IMG/VR virus record: IMGVR_UViG_2537562173_000007
Origin: a virus
Taxonomy: Duplodnaviria; Heunggongvirae; Uroviricota; Caudoviricetes
Length of the DNA stretch: 7,183 nucleotides
Reading direction: 5' to 3' (one strand)
A program made the position numbers and the translations under genes. How positions within the stretch are numbered: the stretch's first letter is position 1; each line of letters opens with the position of its first letter. The notes below the pieces were generated by a model that did no database searches, was not told the DNA's origin, and saw only the letters and a program-made list of their open reading frames with translations. Positions 1-6,950 of this stretch are shown in pieces.

Positions 1-1321
1 GATGGGACACACCGAAGGTGGTGAAGGGCGTGAGCTTCCTGCTCCGTCTGACCGTAACAGCGGACGACGGCAGTGAGCGACTGGTCAGCACGGCCCGGAC
101 GACGGAAACCACATACCGCTTCACGCAACTGGCGCTGGGGAACTACAGGCTGACAGTCCGGGCGGTAAATGCCCGGGGGCAGCAGGGCGATCCGGCATCG
201 NNNNNGTTCGCAGTGTGAACACCGTTGGCAAATCGGCATTTGTGGAGGCTGTTGGCCAGCCGAGTGATGATGCATCCGGCTATCTGAATTTTTTCAAAGG
301 AGAGATAGGGAAAACCCATCTGGCTCAGGAGTTGTGGACGCAGATTGGTAACGGTCAGCTTGCGCCTGACCTGGCTGAAATCAGGACGTCCATTACGGGT
401 GTCAGCAATGAAATCACGCAGACCGTCAATAAAAAACTGGAAGACCAGAGTGCGGCAATCCAGCAGATACAGAAAGTTCAGGTTGATACAAATAATAACC
501 TGAACAGCATGTGGGCCGTGAAACTGCAGCAGATGAAGGACGGACGCCTTTATATTGCGGGTATCGGAGCCGGTATTGAGAATACGCCAGCAGGTATGCA
601 GAGTCAGGTGCTTCTGGCTGCTGACCGGATTGCGATGATTAATCCTGCGAATGGCAACACAAAGCCGATGTTTGTTGGTCAGGGCGATCAGATATTCATG
701 AACGACGTGTTCCTGAAACGCCTGACGGCTCCGACCATTACCAGCGGCGGTAATCCTCCGGCATTTTCCCTGACACCGGACGGGCGGCTGACGGCGAAAA
801 ATGCCGATATCAGCGGTAACGTGAATGCGAACTCCGGGACGCTCAACAACGTCACGATTAACGAGAACTGTCGGGTTCTGGGAAAATTGTCCGCCAACCA
901 GATTGAAGGCGATCTCGTTAAAACAGTGGGCAAAGCTTTCCCCCGGGACTCCCGTGCACCGGAACGGTGGCCATCAGGGACCATCACCGTCAGGGTTTAT
1001 GACGATCAGCCGTTTGACCGGCAGATTGTTATTCCGGCGGTGGCATTCAGCGGCGCTAAACATGAGCGGGAGAATAACGATATTTATTCGTCATGCCGCC
1101 TGATAGTACGGAAAAACGGTGCTGAAATTTATAACCGTACCGCGCTGGATAATACGCTGATTTACAGTGGTGTTATTGATATGCCAGCTGGTCGCGGCCA
1201 CATGACGCTGGAGTTTTCGGTGTCAGCATGGCTGGTGAATAACTGGTATCCCACAGCAAGTATCAGCGATTTGCTGGTTGTGGTGATGAAGAAAGCCACC
1301 GCAGGCATCAGTATCAGCTGA
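1..1321 (+). CDS. J: Tail-tip host-specificity protein J (central tail fibre), C-terminal portion; 5' end lies upstream of the window; reading frame broken in coordinates by N-run 201-205
   Basis: Translation upstream of the gap ([40 protein letters not shown]...GQQGDPAS) and downstream ([17 protein letters not shown]...[30 protein letters not shown]...VDMPAGRG...[10 protein letters not shown]) closely matches my memory of lambda gpJ. Stop TGA at 1319-1321. The two ORF-track pieces (18-218 and 215-1321) are joined across the N-run. Confidence 0.88.
201..205. other. Run of 5 N (unresolved or masked bases) inside J
   Basis: Literal nnnnn in the sequence. Flanking translations are both J-like but in different frames (codon starts at 0 mod 3 before, 2 mod 3 after). 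Confidence 0.99.
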
Positions 1322-1340
1322 ATTTTATAACCCATATACG

Positions 1341-1367
1341 GGCGCCAGAAATGGCGCCTTTTTTATT
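1341..1367 (+). terminator. Rho-independent terminator downstream of J
   Basis: Palindromic GC stem GGCGCC (1341-1346) / GGCGCC (1353-1358) with loop AGAAAT, immediately followed by TTTTTTATT (1359-1367). Confidence 0.7.
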
Positions 1368-1388
1368 GCAGAAAAGCGAGAGGTAATT

Positions 1389-1988
1389 ATGCGTAAAGTT
1401 TGTGCAGTCATTTTGTCCGCAGCCATCTGTCTGTCCGTATCCGGTGCGCCTGCATGGGCGTCTGAACATCAGTCCACACTGAGCGCGGGGTATCTTCATG
1501 CCCGTACGAACGCTCCCGGCAGCGATAATCTGAACGGGATTAACGTGAAATACCGTTATGAGTTTACGGACGCGCTGGGGCTGATTACGTCCTTCAGTTA
1601 TGCCAATGCTGAGGATGAGCAAAAAACGCACTACAGCGATACCCGCTGGCATGAAGATTCCGTGCGTAACCGCTGGTTCAGCGTGATGGCGGGGCCGTCT
1701 GTACGCGTGAATGAATGGTTCAGCGCGTATTCGATGGCGGGTGTGGCTTACAGCCGTGTGTCGACTTTCTCCGGGGATTATCTCCGCGTAACTGACAACA
1801 AGGGGAAAACGCACGATGTGCTGACCGGAAGTGATGACGGTCGCCACAGCAACACGTCTCTGGCGTGGGGGGCTGGCGTGCAGTTTAACCCGACCGAATC
1901 CGTGACCATTGACCTTGCTTATGAAGGTTCCGGTAGTGGCGACTGGCGAACGGATGCATTTATTGTTGGTATCGGATACCGTTTCTGA
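1389..1988 (+). CDS. lom: Lom outer-membrane protein (Ail/Lom/OmpX/PagC family 8-stranded beta-barrel), lysogenic-conversion gene
   Basis: 199-aa ORF with SD GAGAGG 6 nt upstream of the ATG. N-terminal signal peptide (MRKVCAVILSAAICLSVSGAPAWA). Internal GINVKYRYEFTD and C-terminal AYEGSGSGDWRTDAFIVGIGYRF with terminal Phe match lambda Lom and the Ail family from memory. Position between J and stf as in lambda. Confidence 0.9.
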   Translation: MRKVCAVILSAAICLSVSGAPAWASEHQSTLSAGYLHARTNAPGSDNLNGINVKYRYEFTDALGLITSFSYANAEDEQKTHYSDTRWHEDSVRNRWFSVMAGPSVRVNEWFSAYSMAGVAYSRVSTFSGDYLRVTDNKGKTHDVLTGSDDGRHSNTSLAWGAGVQFNPTESVTIDLAYEGSGSGDWRTDAFIVGIGYRF

Positions 1989-2092
1989 CAACAGACGCCG
2001 ATTTATCTTCTGTAAATATTGTTATGATACGCAGGTTCATCCACTTTATGGGGTGAACTGCGTTTGAGGAAACGTAAAGTTACACTGTCCTG

Positions 2093-2127
2093 AAGCCCGT
2101 GGCGTCACTGCTGCGGGCTTTTTTTAT
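2093..2127 (+). terminator. Candidate rho-independent terminator downstream of lom
   Basis: Inverted repeat AAGCCCG (2093-2099) / CGGGCTT (2114-2120) around a 14-nt loop, followed by a T-run (ctttttttatt to 2127). Confidence 0.55.
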
Positions 2128-2139
2128 TGGTGGAAAAGT

Positions 2140-5100
2140 ATGACAGTAAAAATTTCTGGCGTGCTTAAAGATGGCACAGGAAAACCAGTACAGAACTGCA
2201 CCATTGTGCTGAAGGCCAGACGAACCAGCAGCACGGTGGTGGTGAACACGGTGGCCTCTGAAAATCCGGATGAAGCCGGACGTTACAGCATGGATGTTGA
2301 GCATGGTCAGTACAGCGTCACCCTGCTGGTTGAAGGTTTTCCGCCTTCACATGCCGGGACCATTACCGTCTATGAAGGTTCCAGACCAGGTACGCTGAAT
2401 GATTTTCTCGGTGCCATGACGGAGGATGATGTCCGACCGGAGGCACTGCGCCGCTTTGAGCAGATGGTGGAAGAGGTGTCACGTAACGCCTCCGCGGTTG
2501 CACAGAATACGGCAGCCGCGAAAAAATCAGCCAGCGATGCCAGTGCATCAGCCAGCGAGGCGGCAACTCATGCAACCGATGCTGCAGCCTCAGCACGTGC
2601 CGCCAGCACGTCAGCCGGACAGGCCGCGTCGTCGGCTCAGTCAGCGTCTTCCAGCGCAGGAACGGCATCGACAAAGGCCCGTGAAGCAGCAAAAAGTGCT
2701 GCTGCTGCAGAGTCATCAAAAAGCGCGGCAGCTACCAGCGCCAGTGCCGCGAAAACGTCAGAAACGAATGCCGCAGCGTCACAACAATCAGCAGCCACTT
2801 CTGCATCCACCGCGACCACGAAAGCGTCAGAAGCAGCCACTTCAGCACGGGATGCGTCGGCTTCAAAAGAGGCGGCAAAATCATCAGAAACGAACGCAGC
2901 CTCGAGCGCCAGCAGCGCAGCTTCCTCGGCAACGGCGGCAGCAAATTCTGCGAAGGCGGAAAAAACGTCCGAGACGAACGCCAGGTCTTCTGAAACGGCA
3001 GCGGGACAGAGCGCCTCAGCTGCGGCAGACTCAAAAACAGCGGCTGCATTATCTGCCAGTGCCGCGTCAACAAGTGCCGGGCAGGCCTCAGCCAGTGCCA
3101 CCGCCGCCGGAAAATCGGCAGAAAGTGCTGCATCGTCTGCTTCAACAGCCACAACGAAGGCTGGCGAAGCCGCTGTACAGGCCAGCGCAGCAGCGAGGNN
3201 NNNCCAAAAAAACGGCTGCCGCATCGTCCGCCAGTTCGGCGGCGTCATCGGCATCATCTGCGTCTGCTTCAAAAGATGAGGCGACCAGACAGGCGTCAGC
3301 AGCAAAGGGCAGCGCCACGACGGCATCCACGAAGGCGACAGAGGCAGCTGGCAGTGCGACGGCGGCAGCTCAGAGCAAAAGTACGGCGGAATCCGCGGCA
3401 ACGCGCGCTGAGACAGCGGCAAAACGGGCAGAGGATATTGCATCCGCCGTGGCGCTTGAGGATGCGAGCACGACGAAAAAGGGGATAGTACAGCTCAGCA
3501 GTGCGACTAACAGCACTTCCGAGTCACTGGCGGCAACGCCAAAAGCCGTTAAGGCCGCGTATGAGCTGGCTAACGGGAAATACACCGCACAGGATGCAAC
3601 GACAGCACAGAAAGGGATAGTTCAGCTTAGCAACGCGACCAACAGCACATCTGAAATGCTGGCGGCAACGCCAAAGTCGGTAAAGGCAGCCTATGACCTT
3701 GCTAACGGGAAATATACTGCTCAGGACGCTACGACAGCACAAAAAGGAATTGTCCAGCTCAGTAGTGCAACCAACAGCACATCTGAAATGCTGGCGGCAA
3801 CGCCAAAGTCGGTAAAGGCAGCCTATGACCTTGCTAACGGGAAATATACTGCTCAGGACGCTACGACAGCACAAAAAGGAATTGTCCAGCTCAGTAGTGC
3901 AACCAACAGCACATCTGAAATGCTGGCGGCAACGCCAAAGTCGGTAAAGGCAGCCTATGACCTTGCTAACGGGAAATATACTGCTCAGGACGCTACGACA
4001 GCACAAAAAGGAATTGTCCAGCTCAGTAGTGCAACCAACAGCACATCTGAAATGCTGGCGGCAACGCCAAAGTCGGTAAAGGCAGCCTATGACCTTGCTA
4101 ACGGGAAATATACTGCTCAGGACGCTACGACAGCACAAAAAGGAATTGTCCAGCTCAGTAGTGCAACCAACAGCACATCTGAAATGCTGGCGGCAACGCC
4201 AAAGTCGGTAAAGGCAGCCTATGACCTTGCTAACGGGAAATATACTGCTCAGGACGCTACGACAGCACAAAAAGGAATTGTCCAGCTCAGTAGTGCAACC
4301 AACAGCGCATCTGAAACGCTTGCCGCGACACCGAAAGCAGTGAAAGCAGCTAATAATAATGCGAATGGTCGGGTACCTTCTGCCCGTAAGGTGAATGGTA
4401 AGGCGCTTTCAGCGGATATAACACTGACGCCGAAAGATATTGGTACGCTTAACTCAACAACAATGTCATTCAGCGGTGGTGCTGGTTGGTTCAAATTAGC
4501 AACGGTAACCATGCCACAGGCGAGTTCTGTTGTTTCAATTACGTTGATTGGTGGTGCGGGATTTAACGTGGGGTCACCTCAACAGGCAGGTATATCTGAA
4601 CTTGTTTTGCGTGCAGGTAATGGTAATCCGAAGGGGATTACTGGTGCTTTATGGCAGCGCACATCGACAGGGTTTACAAATTTTGCCTGGGTCAATACAT
4701 CTGGTGATACTTACGATATTTACGTTGCAATCGGAAATTATGCGACTGGTGTAAATATTCAATGGGATTATACCAGTAATGCCAGCGTGACGATTCATAC
4801 GTCACCAGCATATTCTGCTAATAAGCCGGAAGGGTTAACGGACGGTACAGTTTATTCACTCTATACGCCATCAGAGCAGTTTTATCCGCCTGGCGCACCA
4901 ATCCCGTGGCCATCAGATACCGTTCCGTCTGGCTATGCCCTGATGCAGGGGCAGACTTTTGACAAATCTGCATACCCGAAACTTGCAGCCGCTTATCCGT
5001 CAGGCGTGATCCCTGATATGCGTGGCTGGACGATTAAGGGCAAACCCGCCAGTGGTCGTGCCGTATTGTCTCAGGAACAGGACGGCATTAAATCGCACAC

Positions 5101-5587
5101 CCACAGCGCCAGCGCATCCAGTACGGATTTGGGGACGAAAAACACATCGTCGTTTGATTACGGAACCAAATCCACGAATAACACCGGGGCGCATACGCAC
5201 AGTCTGAGTGGCTCTACGGGGTCTGCCGGTGATCATACTCATGGTAATGGTATTCGTTGGCCAGGAGGCGGCGGTTCTGCGTTAGCATTTTATGATGGCG
5301 GTGGGTTCACTTATGTCCAGGATTCACAGTATCAAGTAAGCCCGGGGACTTCTTCCCGTAGATCGTATTATCAACGTATTCAGACACAGTCAGCAGGTGC
5401 TCATACCCACTCGCTGTCTGGTACTGCAGCAAGTTCTGGCGCACATGCACATACTGTAGGTATTGGTGCGCATACGCACTCCGTTGCGATTGGTTCACAT
5501 GGACACACCATCACCGTTAACGCTGCTGGTAACGCGGAAAACACCGTCAAAAACATCGCATTTAACTATATTGTGAGGCTTGCATAA
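2140..5587 (+). CDS. stf: Side tail fibre protein Stf (lambda stf / E. coli prophage Stf family); frame broken in coordinates by N-run 3199-3203
   Basis: ATG at 2140 preceded by GGTGGA. N-terminus [26 protein letters not shown]...[14 protein letters not shown] matches the Stf N-terminal domain from memory, followed by a long Ala/Ser-rich shaft. After the N-run the gene continues in the frame of ORF 2426-5587 with [14 protein letters not shown] fibre repeats, the GAPIPWPSD...[30 protein letters not shown] collar segment, multiple HxH motifs and the C-terminus [11 protein letters not shown]. Stop TAA at 5585-5587. Confidence 0.9.
2500..3460 (+). repeat. Ala/Ser-rich low-complexity shaft region of Stf with degenerate short repeats (e.g. 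[12 protein letters not shown] / [12 protein letters not shown] / [12 protein letters not shown])
   Basis: Seen in the translation of the 2140 frame and, after the gap, the 2426 frame. GCN/TCN-rich DNA. Boundaries approximate. Confidence 0.6.
3199..3203. other. Run of 5 N (unresolved or masked bases) inside stf
   Basis: Literal nnnnn. Stf-like translation is in the frame 1 mod 3 before and 2 mod 3 after the run. Confidence 0.99.
3479..4345 (+). repeat. In-frame tandem repeat array in stf: 132-bp (44-aa) unit [44 protein letters not shown], six copies (3479, 3611, 3743, 3875, 4007, 4139) plus a degenerate seventh (4271 to about 4345)
   Basis: Copies starting at 3743, 3875, 4007 and 4139 are identical base-for-base by direct reading. 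The copy at 3611 differs only in its first ~25 nt and the copy at 3479 is more diverged. The unit resembles the known phage tail-fibre repeat motif ([24 protein letters not shown]). Confidence 0.93.
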
Positions 5588-6171
5588 TGGCATTCAGAAT
5601 GAGTGAACAAGCACGGACCATAAAAATTTATAATCTGCTGGCCGGAACTAATGAATTTATTGGTGAAGGTGACGCATATATTCCGCCTCATACAGGTCTG
5701 CCAGCAAACAGTACCGATATTGCACCACCAGATATTCCTGCTGGCTTTGTGGCTGTTTTCAACAGTGATGAGGCATCGTGGCATCTCGTTGAAGACCATC
5801 GGGGTAAAACGGTTTATGACGTAGCGTCAGGGGACGAGTTATTTATTTCTGAACTCGGTCCGTTACCGGAAAATGTTACCTGGTTATCGCCGGAAGGGGA
5901 GTTTCAGAAGTGGAACGGCACAGCCTGGGTGAAGGATACGGAAGCAGAAAAAATGTTCCGGATCCGGGAGGCGGAAGAAACAAAAAACAACCTGATGCAG
6001 GTAGCCAGTGAGCATATTGCGCCGCTTCAGGATGCTGCAGATCTGGAAATTGCAACGGAGGAAGAAACCTCATTGCTGGAAGCCTGGAAAAAGTATCGGG
6101 TGTTGCTGAACCGTGTTGATACATCAACTGCACCTGATATTGAGTGGCCTACGAACCCTGTCAGGGAGTAA
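5587..6171 (+). CDS. tfa: Tail fibre assembly protein Tfa (lambda tfa family chaperone)
   Basis: 194-aa ORF. Translation [54 protein letters not shown]...[47 protein letters not shown] is near-identical to lambda Tfa from memory. Its ATG overlaps the stf stop (TAATG at 5585-5589). Stop TAA at 6169-6171. Confidence 0.93.
   Translation: MAFRMSEQARTIKIYNLLAGTNEFIGEGDAYIPPHTGLPANSTDIAPPDIPAGFVAVFNSDEASWHLVEDHRGKTVYDVASGDELFISELGPLPENVTWLSPEGEFQKWNGTAWVKDTEAEKMFRIREAEETKNNLMQVASEHIAPLQDAADLEIATEEETSLLEAWKKYRVLLNRVDTSTAPDIEWPTNPVRE
6007..6134 (+). repeat. Direct repeat copy A (3' end of tfa), ~128 bp, roughly 85-90 percent identical by eye to 7056-7183
   Basis: agtgagcatattgcgccgcttcaggatgctgcagatctggaaattgcaacggaggaagaa...gttgatacatcaactgcacc aligns with 7056-7183 with scattered substitutions. 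Confidence 0.85.
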
Positions 6172-6184
6172 TCATTGGGATTAT

Positions 6185-6219
6185 GCCGCAGCACGTCGTG
6201 CGCAAGAACGTGCTGCGGC
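6185..6219. terminator. Perfect 11-bp inverted repeat (GCCGCAGCACG / CGTGCTGCGGC, 13-nt loop) between convergent tfa and methyltransferase genes; candidate terminator or protein-binding site
   Basis: Arms at 6185-6195 and 6209-6219 are exact reverse complements. On the + strand a T-run (tatttttt, 6227-6234) follows only after an 8-nt spacer, so a classical intrinsic terminator is uncertain. Confidence 0.4.
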
Positions 6220-6225
6220 TGGATG

Positions 6226-6894
6226 CTATTTTTTCCCTGAAGCGGAAAACATTACTACAGTACCTTTAACCTTGGTTTTAACATTCTCGAAATGCTCTGA
6301 GAGTATATGTGTTAAGCCTTCTTCGGAATCTTTTGTGTTTGAAAAGATGCCTTTCTGATTGTAAATGCGCATCAGTTTTTGACCGAAGCTATTGTGCACA
6401 ACTCCATCGCCAAGAATTGTGGCTCCGTATAGAGTTCCATCGTCAGTTAAGGCCTGCGCCGCATTGCGTATTACACAGCTTTTTGTAGATATATTTCCAG
6501 GCAGGCAGTGAAGAAGGTAAAACATGGAAATGGAATCAAATTGACCATGTAACGCCGCGGGATAAGGTTCAAAAACATCATGGCTAATTTTATGTTTAAT
6601 TTTTGATTCCCCAGCCCTTGTAGATGCCGCGTTCAGGCTAGCTTCGTTCAAATCCATTAAAGATATCAGACTACTCTCAGGTACGTGAGTAAGGTAAAAC
6701 CCAGTTCCAACACCAATATCCAGATGGTTGTTACCTACATGTTCCAGAAAGTGTGGAAGAAGGTGTTCCTTTGTAGGACATCCCCATGCAAGCCGATTTG
6801 ATACTCCCAAAACCCACCAGTCATAAAGCTTTAGGGTAAGTGGTGTGTAAATTTTAGCCCCATCATCTGTGTTTTTTTTCATTGATTTCACCAT
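6226..6894 (-). CDS. Class I SAM-dependent methyltransferase (Rossmann-fold), substrate unknown; prophage cargo gene
   Basis: 222-aa ORF on the minus strand. Motif I LDIGVGTGFY (GxGxG SAM-binding loop), acidic motif II (LISLMDLNEAS), FDSISMFYLLHCLP and DDGTLYGATI are typical of class I methyltransferases. Visibly AT-richer than the flanking tail genes. True start may be the second ATG at 6882 (MKKNTDDG...), which has a GGTGA-like SD. Confidence 0.8.
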   Translation of the reverse strand: MVKSMKKNTDDGAKIYTPLTLKLYDWWVLGVSNRLAWGCPTKEHLLPHFLEHVGNNHLDIGVGTGFYLTHVPESSLISLMDLNEASLNAASTRAGESKIKHKISHDVFEPYPAALHGQFDSISMFYLLHCLPGNISTKSCVIRNAAQALTDDGTLYGATILGDGVVHNSFGQKLMRIYNQKGIFSNTKDSEEGLTHILSEHFENVKTKVKGTVVMFSASGKK

Positions 6895-6923
6895 GTTATA
6901 GTTTTATTTGTGAATTAAATCAA
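6895..6923 (-). promoter_or_regulatory. Candidate sigma70 promoter for the methyltransferase gene (-35 TTGATT, 17-nt spacer, -10 TATAAC on the minus strand)
   Basis: Reverse complement of 6918-6923 is TTGATT and of 6895-6900 is TATAAC, with a 17-nt spacer. The -10 abuts the first ATG (6894), implying a start site near 6888 and translation from the ATG at 6882. Pattern match only. Confidence 0.3.
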
Positions 6924-6950
6924 TTATGGCGATGAATTACAAGGGGTTAA

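Noticed and set aside
688-1103. Small ORFs inside J (688-987 minus, 825-1103 plus)
   Set aside because: Embedded in the J coding region in alternative frames, with no RBS or recognisable motifs.
1314-1991. 225-aa minus-strand ORF covering the lom region
   Set aside because: Completely antisense to lom, which has a signal peptide, SD and clear family signature. No independent evidence supports it.
1989-2092. Possible sigma70 promoter in the lom-stf spacer (TTGTTA ... ACTTTA-like hexamers)
   Set aside because: Hexamers are weak and the spacing is non-optimal. Stf is expected to be transcribed from the late promoter by read-through, so I did not call a feature.
2426-3198. Long Arg/Gln/Pro-rich open frame on the + strand overlapping stf in another frame
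   Set aside because: It is the +1 frame of GCN/TCN-rich Ala/Ser codons, which rarely generate stops. It only appears joined to the real stf frame because of the N-run at 3199-3203. The protein is extreme low complexity with no recognisable domain.
2637-3443. 268-aa minus-strand Ala-rich ORF, plus the 2732-3154 and 2363-2719 minus-strand ORFs
   Set aside because: Antisense frames of the GC-rich, Ala/Ser-rich stf shaft region. These are compositional artefacts with no start context or domain signal.
3524-4270. 248-aa minus-strand ORF encoding a repeated Cys-rich peptide ([45 protein letters not shown]...)
   Set aside because: It is the antisense reading of the stf 132-bp tandem repeats. Its periodicity and lack of stops come entirely from the repeated sense-strand sequence, and it lies wholly inside a well-supported gene.
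5000-5799. Short ORFs antisense or out of frame within the stf tip and tfa (5000-5242 minus, 5022-5207 plus, 5307-5498 minus, 5566-5799 minus)
   Set aside because: All lie within the stf or tfa coding sequences, which are strongly supported by homology. None has a convincing start context.
6113-6358. 81-aa + strand ORF spanning the tfa end, the hairpin and the methyltransferase 3' end
   Set aside because: Overlaps two better-supported genes, crosses the inverted repeat, and its translation has no recognisable features.
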